Below, piece by piece: positions 51,611 to 64,000 of a stretch of DNA of 64,000 nt. The DNA is from Kiritimatiellia bacterium (lineage in GTDB: Bacteria > Verrucomicrobiota > Kiritimatiellia > RFP12 > UBA1067). The notes beneath the pieces are model-generated. The model ran no database searches. It saw only the letters and a program-made list of their open reading frames with translations, and had not been told where the DNA came from. The stretch covers positions 1,376,001 through 1,440,000 of the forward strand of contig JBMNFY010000017.1 of NCBI GenBank assembly GCA_050949565.1, in the 5' to 3' direction. How positions within the stretch are numbered: the stretch's first letter is position 1; each line of letters starts with the position of its first letter. Position numbers and translations under genes: made by a program.

Positions 51611-52471
51611 CAACCTTTTTTGGGTAAAACTTGCCATCTTTTCCAGATTCAGGATTCCGTTGTCGGCTCCAGGTACCAAGCACTTACTCAATACCTACTA
51701 CCTGTACCTCCTGCCTATTCCTACTCCAGGGTCGTGACTCTCCGCAACGGCGTCGAACGCAGCCATATCCCGCCTTCCGACCGTGCTCCCTCGCGAATCG
51801 CCCCGGGGCACCTAGCCGCCAACCTTGACACTTGATGCTGCCAGACCGCCGGGTGTACAACAACGAAAGAATGACCAACATCCCGTCCGCCAGTCTGTCC
51901 AGCACCGCTGCCCTCTAACCTTTCTGCACCACTCCCGGAGCCCAGATCCATGTCCGTCCACTACCCACTACCACACTAATCAGACTAACTATTGCACTAA
52001 TGAACCAAGAACTCACGCACTTCTCTAGACTCGCCCTGCCTTTCTAAAACGGTGTTTTGATCCCTTTAACGGAATCGCACCCGCACCCGCGGGCACAATC
52101 CACCTTTTTTACGTCAATGGTAAGTGTAGACTAACGGACAAGGGAGCGCAAGCGGAAAACGCGGAAAAAATAAAATTTTTTTCGCCGCGTTTTCCGCAGT
52201 TAGGAGGTAGCCGCGCTATGCGCGGAGTTGTACATTTAGGAGTTAGGAGTTAGGATGTTAGGAGTTTTTAACTTCGGCGTTGGGCGTTCTGCGTTGGACG
52301 TTCTGCGTTCAGAAGCGGCGGCGCGGCCGCCGCCGGTCAAGCAGACGCTTGCCCCTCCCGGCGCTTCGCAAGTCTGGCGAAAAAATTTGGAGTGCGGCGG
52401 CAAGCGGTATTCCGCGCGACGCCGCTTTTTGAGCAGGAGTACGGCGGCAGGGCGGCGCACAAAAGACGAGG

Positions 52472-54010
52472 TTAACCTAAAAAGAGCAGTTGAACCTTCA
52501 ACTCTCTTTGGTTTCTGGTTTCAAGGTTTCAAGGTTTCATGGTTTCAGGTTTCATCCAAATCGGGATCGGGATCGCTATCGGGATCGATTGTTTAACCAC
52601 GGAACACACCGAACACACGGAAAGGCATGGCTCTGTTTCCGTGTGTTTAGTGTGTTCCGTGGTTCCAATCAGAAATGGCGTTCTGCACCAAATAGGTGCG
52701 GCGCGGATCTCAACGGAAGCCGATGTTTACGGGGCTTTGCTCAAAATCTGCATGCTCAACTGCTCTTTTTAGGTTTAACGCAGAACGCAGAACGCAGAGG
52801 TGTGGCACGGGCATCTTGCCCGTGTTTTCATGGGCGGGACGCCCATGCTCCGCAGTTAGGAGTTAGGATTTAGGAGTTTTTGGCGTTGCTCGGGGGGGGG
52901 GGGGGGTTAACCTAAAAAGAGCAGTTGAACCTTCAACTCTCTTTGGTTTCTGGTTTCAAGGTTTCATGGTTTCATCCAAATCGGGATCGGGATCGCTATC
53001 GGGATCGATTGTTTAACCACGGAACACACCGAACACACGGAAAGGCATGGCTCTGTTTCCGTGTGTTTAGTGTGTTCCGTGGTTCCAATCAGAAATGGCG
53101 TTCTGCACCAAATAGGTGCGGCGCGGATCTCAACGGAAGCCGATGTTTACGGGGCTTTGCTCAAAATCTGCATGCTCAACTGCTCTTTTTAGGTTTAACG
53201 CAGAACGCCGAACGCAGAGGTGTAGCACGGGCATCTTGCCCGTGTTTTCATGGGCGGGACGCCCATGCCACGGCTTTTTGCGCGTGAACGCCAAACGCAG
53301 AACGCAGAAGGAATGAAACTCCTAAATCCTAAATCCTAAATGTCAACTCAAGCGCGGCGCGCAGTTGCGCGGCGCGCTTGACGTATGCCGCTAGGGAAAC
53401 GATACTGCTGGTGCTTTGGGGATGAGAGTGTGAGGGACTGTGACATCATCCAAATCGGGATCGGGATCGCTATCGGGATCGATTGTTTAACCACGGAACA
53501 CACCGAACACACGGAAAGGCATGGCTCTGTTTCCGTGTGTTTAGTGTGTTCCGTGGTTCCAATCAGAAATTGCGTTCTGCACCAAATAGGTGCGGCGCGG
53601 ATCTCAACGGAAGCCGATGTTTACGGGGCTTTGCTCAACTGCTCTTTTTAGGTTTAACGCAGAACGCAGAACGCAGAGGTGTAGCACGGGCATCCTGCCC
53701 GTGTTTTCATGGGCGGGACGCCCATGCCACGGCTTTTTGCGCGTGAACGCCGAACGTAGAACGCAGAACGCAAAACGCCGAACGCAGAGGTGTGGCACGG
53801 GCATCTTGCCCGTGTTTTCATGGGCGGGACGCCCATGCCACGGCTTTTTGCGGCGTGAACGCAGAACGCAGAACGCAGAACGCAGAAGGAATGAAACTCC
53901 TAAATCCTAAATCCTAAATGTCAACTCAAGCGCGGCGCGCAGTTGCGCGGCGCGCTTGACGTATGCCGCTAGGGAAACGATACTGCTGGTGCTTTGGGGA
54001 TGAGAGTGTG
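52472..54010. repeat. Three imperfect tandem copies of a composite repeat block
   Basis: Modules at ~52560, ~52980 and ~53455 with REP-like palindromes and heptamers; 53310-53430 is duplicated at 53889-54010. Confidence 0.88.
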
Positions 54011-54036
54011 GGCGACTAAGTGTGAGGAATAGTGTG

Positions 54037-54741
54037 ATGGCCTATAGACTACGTTTGTTTATCGCAGTAATGATGTGTCCGGTGTTGCTGTGCGCTAAGG
54101 CTGCGCCGGAACCGCGCTGGATTGCGGCGGAGCTGCCGGCACCGGCGGAGGAGCCGACGCGCTTTTTGCGGACGTTTCATCTGGCGCATGCGCCTGCAAG
54201 GACCTGGGTGCGTGTCCACGCACACGACCGCTATCGCCTGATTGTGAATGCGCATCCGGTGAGCGTGGGCGATACGACATGGGATGCGGAGACGTATGAT
54301 ATCTCGTCGTTCGCGACGGTCGGCACGAATAGGATCGAGATCGCCGCCGATGCTGATACGCAGAGCCCCGCCAATTGTTTTGTCTGGCTACGACGGCGTT
54401 TGCCGGCACCGGCGGCGTTCGAGCGGCTCAGCTTCCGGACGCGCGACGCGCGTCGGGAGGAGTGGCTCTATATCGAGGTGGTTGACGACAAGGGACGCAC
54501 CTCGGGGTTTTACTGCGTGGAGCGGCGCGGCGCGACCTGCTTTGCCGTGGCGCGCCTTTGTCCGGAGCGTGTGCGCCGTCAGGCGGAAAAGCGGCCGGCA
54601 CGCGTCAAGGATCGCAAGGGGGCCTGGATCGTGCTCGATGGCTTCCGGCCCGAGGATCTCGGGCCGCACGAGGCTTCGCTGCCGCCGGTCGGTGACGCGA
54701 TGCGGCTTGTGTTTAAGGGGCGGGAGGTGCGAGTGAAGTGA
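54037..54741 (+). pseudogene. Secreted protein with alpha-L-rhamnosidase N-terminal-like beta sandwich, probably internally deleted
   Basis: FLRTFHL...VHAHDRYRLIVN...YDISSF...GTNRIEI; no catalytic domain. Confidence 0.5.
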
Positions 54742-55011
54742 GGATTTAGGATTTAGGATTTAGGAGTTGTGGCATGGGCGTCCCGCCCATGAAACACGGG
54801 CAAGATGCCCGTGCCACACTTGCAGACAAGGGGTTTTGCAAGCCCCTCTTGGGTGAGGAGTGAGGAGATGGCGGCGTAAACGCCGCCCACAGAACCATGG
54901 CGGCGTGGACGCCGCCCACAGAACTGTGGCGCTTTTTGAGCCGCTGCGTGGTCGCAATAAGGCGCGGATGGCGCTTGAAACCCTCATGCGTAACCTTTAA
55001 ACTACGGGCCT

Positions 55012-55788
55012 ATGGAAATGAACAAACGTAAGCTTATGTTGGTCGATGACGACCCGGGCCTGCTCGACGTTCTGGGCGACTTTCTGTCGTTCGAAGGTTT
55101 CGAGGTGCTGTGCGCCGTGAGCGGCGAGGATGCGTTGGTGAAGATGCGTCCCTTCCAGCCTGACCTCATCATCCTCGATATGGGCATGCCCGGTATGGGC
55201 GGGACGGGATTTCTCGACCGCATCACTAATCCCGACGGGCTCACGCTCTATCCGGTGCTGGTTTTGACGGCGCGCTCTTCGATGGCCGAGTACTTTGCCG
55301 ATAAGCAGATCGCTGGTTTTCTGGCGAAGCCTTGCGATCCGTCGGACCTGTTGATGGAGGTCAACCGTATCCTGTTCGAGACCGCCGGTGCCGGACACGT
55401 CGCGGCAAGCGCGCCTGCGTTGCGTCGCTTGGTGGTCGCGGAACATGACGCTGTCCTGCGGCAGAAGCTGGAGGTCGAGTTCATACAGGCGGGCTTTGAC
55501 GTGAAGGCGGTCGCTACGGGACCGGAGGCGGTCGAGGCGTGCGTCACCTTGCAGCCGCATGCCATCGTGATGCGTCTGGAACTCGCGGAGATGAGCGCGG
55601 ATGAGGTCGTCGCCATGCTGCGACGTCTCCCGACCACGCGCGAAACGCCAGCGATCGTCTACGGCATGGACCTGCCGGAAGCGCAGCTTGATCATGTGGC
55701 CAATCTCGATGTCCCGCAGACCTGCATGCTGAAGGACCTGACGGTCAACTCCATTATTGATCGGACAATGGCCGTGACGGGCGCGTGA
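55012..55788 (+). CDS. Response regulator with two receiver domains
   Basis: LVDDD, LIILDMGMPGMGG, LTA, KP; second receiver domain degenerate (AEHD, IVMRL). Confidence 0.88.
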   Translation: MEMNKRKLMLVDDDPGLLDVLGDFLSFEGFEVLCAVSGEDALVKMRPFQPDLIILDMGMPGMGGTGFLDRITNPDGLTLYPVLVLTARSSMAEYFADKQIAGFLAKPCDPSDLLMEVNRILFETAGAGHVAASAPALRRLVVAEHDAVLRQKLEVEFIQAGFDVKAVATGPEAVEACVTLQPHAIVMRLELAEMSADEVVAMLRRLPTTRETPAIVYGMDLPEAQLDHVANLDVPQTCMLKDLTVNSIIDRTMAVTGA

Positions 55789-55976
55789 CAAACGTCATTT
55801 AGGATTTGTGATTTAGGATTTAGGATTTAGGATTTGGCGCTTGGAACCACGGAGACACAGAGACACAGAGGTTTTTTGGGAGGCTCTGCTCCAACCGCAG
55901 GTCGCGGGTCGAATGTCGCGGGTCAACCTCTCTTATTGCGACCACAAAGTGGCTCGCAATCTTGAGAGTAAAAGCG

Positions 55977-57012
55977 CTGCTCGGGTTTGTTTAACCACAG
56001 AGAACACAGAGAGCACAGAGGGTTTTGGAGGGCATGGATGCGTTTTTTTAACGCAGAGACGCAGAGGCGCGGAGGTTTTTTGGAGGGAGCGCTGCTCGGG
56101 TTTGTTTAACCACAGAGAACACAGAGAGCACAGAGGGTTTTTGAGGGCAGGGATGCGTTTTTTTAACGCAGAGACGCAGAGGCGCGGAGGTTTTTTGGAG
56201 GGAGCGCTGCTCGGGTTTGTTTAACCACAGAGAACACAGAGAGCACAGAGGGTTTTGGAGGGCAGGGATGCGTTTTTTTAACGCAGAGACGCAGAGGCGC
56301 GGAGGTTTTTTGGAGGGAGCGCTGCTCGGGTTTGTTTAACCACAGAGAACACAGAGAGCACAGAGGGTTTTGGAGGGCATGGATGCGTTTTTTTAACGCA
56401 GAGACGCAGAGGCGCGGAGGTTTTTTGGAGGGAGCGCTGCTCGGGTTTGTTTAACCACAGAGAACACAGAGAGCACAGAGGGTTTTGGAGGGCATGGATG
56501 CGTTTTTTTAACGCAGAGACGCAGAGGCGCGGAGGTTTTTTGGAGGGAGCGCTGCTCGGGTTTGTTTAACCACAGAGAACACAGAGAGCACAGAGGGTTT
56601 TGGAGGGCATGGATGCGTTTTTTTAACGCAGAGACGCAGAGGCGCAGAGGTTTTTTGGAGGGAACGCCTGCTCGGGTTTGTTTAACCACAGAGAACACAG
56701 AGAGCACAGAGGGTTTTGGAGGGCATGGATGCGTTTTTTTAACGCAGAGACGCAGAGGCGCGGAGGTTTTTTGGAGGGAACGCCTGCTCGGGTTTGTTTA
56801 ACCACAGAGAACACAGAGAGCACAGAGGGTTTTGGAGGGCATGGATGCGTTTTTTTAACGCAGAGACGCAGAGGCGCGGAGGTTTTTTGGAGGGAGCGCT
56901 GCTCGGGTTTGTTTAACCACAGAGAACACAGAGAGCACAGAGGGTTTTGGAGGGCATGGATGCGTTTTTTTAACGCAGAGACGCAGAGGCGCAGAGGTTT
57001 TTTGGAGGGAGC
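55977..57012. repeat. Tandem array of 115-bp units (9 copies)
   Basis: TTAACCACAGAGAACACAGAGAGCACAGAG...TTAACGCAGAGACGCAGAGGCGCGGAG; starts at 55991, 56106, 56221 ... 56913. Confidence 0.96.
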
Positions 57013-57157
57013 TGCCCTGTGGGCTCTGCCGGGACTGCGGGATCTGCGAGTGGTGGCGGCGTGACCGCCGCCGGGCTGTGCGCTGGCGACTAAGTGTGAG
57101 AAACTAAGTGTGAGAAACTCCCAACTCCTAAATCCTAAATCCTAACTGTAAACTCCC

Positions 57158-57604
57158 ATGCGTTGTCCCAAATGTGGCCATTTAGATGATAAGGTGCTGG
57201 ACAGCCGCGCGGCGCGTGAAGGCGCGTCGATCCGTCGGCGGCGGCAGTGTCTTGCTTGTGAGCATCGCTTCACGACTTACGAAGAGATCGTGAAGGACGA
57301 GCTGCGCGTGGTCAAACACGATGGCCGGCGCGAAGAGTTCAGCCGGGAGAAACTTGTGCGCGGCCTGATGCGCGCCTGCGAAAAGCGTCCGATCAGCGCG
57401 GATCAAATACGTGATTTGGTCGATCAGGTCGTCGAAAGCTTCGAAGGCGAGAGCGAAGTGACGACGGAAAAAATCGGACAGGCGGTGATGGCGCGGCTGC
57501 ACCGGCTTGATGATGTGGCCTATATCCGCTTTGCTTCGGTCTACCGCCGCTTCGCTGATGTCAACCAGTTCTTGCAAGCGGTCAAGGATATGGTGGAGAA
57601 GTAA
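57158..57604 (+). CDS. nrdR: Transcriptional repressor NrdR
   Basis: MRCPKC, DSR, IRRRRQC, RFTTYE, VAYIRFASVYRRF. Confidence 0.97.
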   Translation: MRCPKCGHLDDKVLDSRAAREGASIRRRRQCLACEHRFTTYEEIVKDELRVVKHDGRREEFSREKLVRGLMRACEKRPISADQIRDLVDQVVESFEGESEVTTEKIGQAVMARLHRLDDVAYIRFASVYRRFADVNQFLQAVKDMVEK

Positions 57605-58582
57605 ATTTGGGATTTAGGATTTGGAACCATGAAACACATGAAACTTCATGAAAATCAGAGGCTGCCCCTTGCCGCACAGAGCGCGACCCGCGCTATGTGT
57701 GGAGTTAGAAATTTAGGATTTAGGATTTGGAACCATGAAACACATGAAACTTCATGAAAATCAGAGGCTGCCCCTTGCCGCACAGAGCGCGACCCGCGCT
57801 ATGTGTGGAGTTAGAAATTTAGGATTTAGGATTTGGAACCATGAAACACATGAAACTTCATGAAAATCAGAGGCTGCCCCTTGCCGCACAGAGCGCGACC
57901 CGCGCTATGTGTGGAGTTAGAAATTTAGGATTTAGGATTTGGAACCATGAAACACATGAAACTTCATGAAAATCAGAGGCTGCCCCTTGCCGCACAGAGC
58001 GCGACCCGCGCTATGTGTGGAGTTAGAAATTTAGGATTTAGGATTTGGAACCATGAAACACATGAAACTTCATGAAAATCAGAGGCTGCCCCTTGCCGCA
58101 CAGAGCGCGACCCGCGCTATGTGTGGAGTTAGAAATTTAGGATTTAGGATTTGGAACCATGAAACACATGAAACTTCATGAAAATCAGAGGCTGCCCCTT
58201 GCCGCACAGAGCGCGACCCGCGCTATGTGTGGAGTTAGAAATTTAGGATTTAGGATTTGGAACCATGAAACACATGAAACTTCATGAAAAGCAGAGGCTG
58301 CCCCTTGCCGCACAGAGCGCGACCCGCGCTATGTGTGGAGTTAGAAATTTAGGATTTAGGATTTGGAACCATGAAACACATGAAACTTCATGAAAATCAG
58401 AGGCTGCCCCTTGCCGCACAGAGCGCGACCCGCGCTATGTGTGGAGTTAGAAATTTAGGATTTAGGATTTGGAACCATGAAACACATGAAACTTCATGAA
58501 AAGCAGAGGCTGCCCCTTGCCGCACAGAGCGCGACCCGCGCTATGTGTGGAGTTAGAAATTTAGGATTTAGGATTTAGGATT
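57605..58582. repeat. Tandem array of 106-bp units (9 copies)
   Basis: GGAACCATGAAACACATGAAACTTCATGAAAA core at 57623, 57729 ... 58471, with ATTTAGG heptamers. Confidence 0.97.
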
Positions 58583-58941
58583 TGTACAAGTTGACTGTCT
58601 ATATTCCGGAGTCGCATCTTGAGGTTGTGAAGGATGCGCTGTTTGCTGCGGGGGCCGGACGTTACGCCGCCTATGACCGTTGCTGCTGGCAGGTGCTGGG
58701 CCAGGGGCAGTTCCGTCCGCTCGCTGGCAGTGATCCGTTCATCGGGACACAGGACCAAGAGGAGCGTCTGCCCGAGTACCGTGTCGAGATGATCTGCGCC
58801 GATGATGTGGTCGCTGCGGTAACGGATGCGCTGCGCGCCGCGCATCCCTATGAGGAGCCGGCGTTTGATTTTGTGCGCTGCTCGGGTGTCGGCTCTGCCG
58901 GGACTGCCGGTGATGCGACGCATGCGCCGACGCACTCCTAA
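58582..58941 (+). CDS. YqfO/NIF3-related small protein
   Basis: YKLTVYIPESHLEVVKDALFAAGAG, GQGQFRPL, AHPYEEPAFD. Confidence 0.85.
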   Translation: MYKLTVYIPESHLEVVKDALFAAGAGRYAAYDRCCWQVLGQGQFRPLAGSDPFIGTQDQEERLPEYRVEMICADDVVAAVTDALRAAHPYEEPAFDFVRCSGVGSAGTAGDATHAPTHS

Positions 58942-59077
58942 ATCCTTGTCTATAAATTGACAGGATTACATGATTTACATGATTTTCAGGATTGAATAAC
59001 ATCATGTTAATCATGTAATCATGTCCTAAACTTACTCCATGGTTTTTTCGTGGCGAAGCCACGCGGCAGGCTAACTC

Positions 59078-59995
59078 CTAAATGCAAACTTCTTCCGCGC
59101 CGGGCGCGGAAGGCACGATCACCGAGAGTGCTTTGGGGCGTACGTTGATCGTTACGGGAGTGGTGCCGATGATGTCGCCGTCGGCCTGTACGACGATCGG
59201 GGTTTCGCAGTCGATGGAAACACTGCGGCTGGCCGGCAGTTCGTGGATGATGCGGTTGACATGGCGCGGAAAGATGCTGCGCGGGAAGAGCTTGCGTATG
59301 AAGTAGTACCACGGGTACTCAATCGCCACCTTCATGCAGATGATGCAGACATCCACCTGTCCATCGTCGGCTCGGACGTCCGGACAGTTGGGATGCAGCA
59401 CGCGCACCAGCATACCGCAGTTTGAGATCAGCACGTCGGTCGCATCATAGGTGCGCGCTTCTTCGCCGTCGATGGAGATGGCCAGGTGTTGCGGCTTGGC
59501 CTGCAGCACTTTCCAGACGGCCGTCCCCACATACGCAGTGCGGCCGAACAGGCTCTTGCCCAGACGTGACGTGCGGTCGATGACCTCGGCATTGATCCCC
59601 ACTCCGGCATTCAGCAGATAGGTGAAGCCGTTGATCAGCATGGCATCGATAGCGCGTAGCGCGTGCGGCCCTGCCGCAAGCGCCACGGCCGCACGGATGT
59701 CGAGCGGGATGCCGAGTTCACGCGCGACCAGATTGCCGGTTCCCGCCGGCACGATGCCAAGCGGCACGTGTGTATCGGTCAAGGCGTGTGCCACGGATGA
59801 GACCGTGCCATCTCCCCCGACCGCCACCACGCCGTCAAACCCTTCATGCAGGCGCGCGCTGACGACTTCGGGAATCGAAACGTCTGGCGTGACTGCAAAA
59901 ATCTCACACTCTGACGAAAGGTCTTGCAGGGCCGTCTTCAGGACGGCGCGTGTCTCCTCGCCTATGGTCGGCGCTACTATGAACAGCAGCTTCAT
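59078..59995 (-). CDS. Diacylglycerol kinase family lipid kinase
   Basis: VGGDGTVS, PAGTGNLVAREL, NAGVG, QADGD. Confidence 0.92.
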   Translation of the reverse strand: MKLLFIVAPTIGEETRAVLKTALQDLSSECEIFAVTPDVSIPEVVSARLHEGFDGVVAVGGDGTVSSVAHALTDTHVPLGIVPAGTGNLVARELGIPLDIRAAVALAAGPHALRAIDAMLINGFTYLLNAGVGINAEVIDRTSRLGKSLFGRTAYVGTAVWKVLQAKPQHLAISIDGEEARTYDATDVLISNCGMLVRVLHPNCPDVRADDGQVDVCIICMKVAIEYPWYYFIRKLFPRSIFPRHVNRIIHELPASRSVSIDCETPIVVQADGDIIGTTPVTINVRPKALSVIVPSAPGAEEVCI

Positions 59996-60019
59996 GCCGC
60001 TCAGATTAACAAAACGGTG

Positions 60020-60104
60020 AGCTAGTGGCTAGTGGCTAGTGGTTAGTGGTTAGTGGTTAGTGGTTAGTGGCTAGTGGCTAGTGGCTAGTGGTTAGTGGCT
60101 AGTG
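60020..60104. repeat. Heptamer tandem repeat (TAGTGGY) x~11
   Basis: Directly visible in the sequence. Confidence 0.92.
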
Positions 60105-60200
60105 GGGCGCGGCTACGGGACTGCGGGGTACTACCGGTGGTGGCGGCACATGTGCCGCCGGTCAAGCAGACGCTTGACCCTCCCGGTGCTTCGCAGGCCG

Positions 60201-62685
<2,485 letters not shown>

Positions 62686-62782
62686 CGTCAGCCCTTCGTT
62701 CGTTTTCCGATCATGCAAAAGGTTTCCGCCGCTGACGGAAACCCTCTGCAACGTTCGCGTGTCCGAGCGAACCGACGATGGC

Positions 62783-62962
62783 TTACGCCTCGATCGTCAG
62801 AACTTTGCGTCCTCTGTACATGCCGCAGGACTGGCACACGCGGTGCGTCTGCTGCGGGGCACCGCAACTCGGGCAACTCTGTGTCTGGGCGACGATCGCC
62901 TTGACCTGCCCACGGCGCTGACGCACCCGCATCTTCGACTTTTTCCTCTTTGGAACGGCCAT
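62783..62962 (-). CDS. rpmF: 50S ribosomal protein L32 (absent from the ORF track)
   Basis: Manual translation MAVPKRKKSKMRVRQRRG...CPSCG...HRVCQSCGMYRGRKVLTIEA; yceD-rpmF-plsX synteny. Confidence 0.95.
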   Translation of the reverse strand: MAVPKRKKSKMRVRQRRGQVKAIVAQTQSCPSCGAPQQTHRVCQSCGMYRGRKVLTIEA

Positions 62963-62973
62963 TTGTTCTCTCC

Positions 62974-63498
62974 TTACTTCTCTCTCGGTCGTGCGCGTTT
63001 CGAGCGCGACGCATCCAGATCTGTTTTCAACACGTCAAGCGCTGCCCACCGGTGATCTTTGCCCTCTTCGTGGCACCGGCACGCGGCATTGTTCAGGTTT
63101 GTCCCGCAAGTCATGCAGAGACCCCGGCACGATTCGCTACAAACCGGATAACCGGGAAGGGCAAGAATGATAGCTTCCCGGACCTCTTCGGTCAAGTCCA
63201 CGAAGTCTGTTGTCGCATTTATTTCGTACGACTGGACAAATTCGGGTTCCACGACCTCCGTCACGAAGTTCTCCGCACAGCGCGAACAGACACACGTCAG
63301 CCGTTGGCGCACCTCGCCCCGCACCAGCAACTCGCTGCCGATCAGTTCCACCTTCAGCGCATAACACATGCCGCCTTCCGGCGTCACGAATTCGCTCTCG
63401 CCCAGATCCAGCAGGTTGTCCGCGGTCTCGCCACGGAACCATTCGCCGTCTTTCGCGAGGCGCGCGACATCAACGATCAAACGCCCCTGTGTCTCCAA
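62974..63498 (-). CDS. yceD: DUF177/YceD family protein
   Basis: CSRCAE, DLTEEVREAIILALP, CSESCRGLCMTCGTNLN, RWAAL. Confidence 0.9.
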   Translation of the reverse strand: METQGRLIVDVARLAKDGEWFRGETADNLLDLGESEFVTPEGGMCYALKVELIGSELLVRGEVRQRLTCVCSRCAENFVTEVVEPEFVQSYEINATTDFVDLTEEVREAIILALPGYPVCSESCRGLCMTCGTNLNNAACRCHEEGKDHRWAALDVLKTDLDASRSKRARPREK

Positions 63499-64000
63499 CT
63501 CCGCCTCCTGTCCGGATACACTGCTCCGGATGCTGGCGCATGTGCGCCTCGATATAGGTCTGAACCTGCGGCGGCACGAATGCACGGGTATCGCCGCCGT
63601 AACGCGCGATCTCGCGGATCATACTGGCCGTCACATAGCTGTAGCTCTCGTTCGGCATCATGAACAACGTCTCGACATCGGGTTCGAGCTTGCGGTTGGT
63701 CAGCGCCATCTGGAACTCATACTCAAAATCAGAATACACGCGCAGGCCGCGCACCACCACACCGATCCCACGGTTGCGACAGTAGTCAACCAATAAGCAG
63801 TCAAGCCGGTCAACCTCCACGTTTTTCATGCCGGCCGCCTCCGCGCTTTCGCGGATCATGGCCATGCGCTCTTGCAAGTCAAACATGCCGGTCGCTTTGA
63901 ACGATACGCCGGCGACCACGACGATCACCTTGTCAAATAGCGACGCACTGCGCCGCAACAGATCAAAGTGACCCATCGTCAGCGGGTCGAACGTCCCGGG
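63470..64000 (-). CDS. coaD: Pantetheine-phosphate adenylyltransferase (5' end beyond the window)
   Basis: PGTFDPLTMGH, VRGLR, DFEYEFQMALTNR. Confidence 0.96.
   Translation of the reverse strand, partial: PGTFDPLTMGHFDLLRRSASLFDKVIVVVAGVSFKATGMFDLQERMAMIRESAEAAGMKNVEVDRLDCLLVDYCRNRGIGVVVRGLRVYSDFEYEFQMALTNRKLEPDVETLFMMPNESYSYVTASMIREIARYGGDTRAFVPPQVQTYIEAHMRQHPEQCIRTGGGVGDTGAFDR

Noticed and set aside
52872-52906. Poly-G tract as a phase-variation switch
   Set aside because: It lies in a repeat block, not in a gene or recognisable promoter, and its length may be a sequencing artefact.

Overview
High-GC bacterial chromosome segment, probably from the PVC superphylum (Kiritimatiellae-like; inferred from the PEP-CTERM proteins and repeat families). 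From left to right it contains: (1) a type I restriction-modification region (hsdS, fic, hsdM, GxxExxY gene, small hsdS-like gene) whose gene boundaries carry hairpin repeats, including a ~20 x 114-bp array; (2) a glycerophosphodiester/G3P utilisation cluster; (3) a ~18-kb prophage remnant at tRNA-Arg(CCG), where one deletion has fused the tail of a serine integrase to the tail of the terminase but left an intact head-tail module; (4) housekeeping and accessory genes (arfB-like, mfd, HEAT protein, Gfo/Idh/MocA, tricorn-like S41 protease, tRNA-Asp, tyrosine recombinase); (5) an inverted pair of diverged 'surface protein + PEP-CTERM' cassettes, one headless; (6) more repeat arrays, then nrdR, purB, plsX, rpmF, yceD and coaD. 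The strongest novelty candidates are a promoter- and terminator-bounded, pseudoknot-capable antisense sRNA convergent on a MuF/PBECR2-type toxin that has no protein immunity gene; a phage-encoded exosortase-like gene with signal-peptide-bearing virion-module proteins and a CxxC lipoprotein; the probable phase-variable surface-protein inversion; and the GxxExxY-associated hairpin arrays. Scattered single-base frameshifts suggest consensus errors. All family calls come from motif recognition by eye, not database searches.
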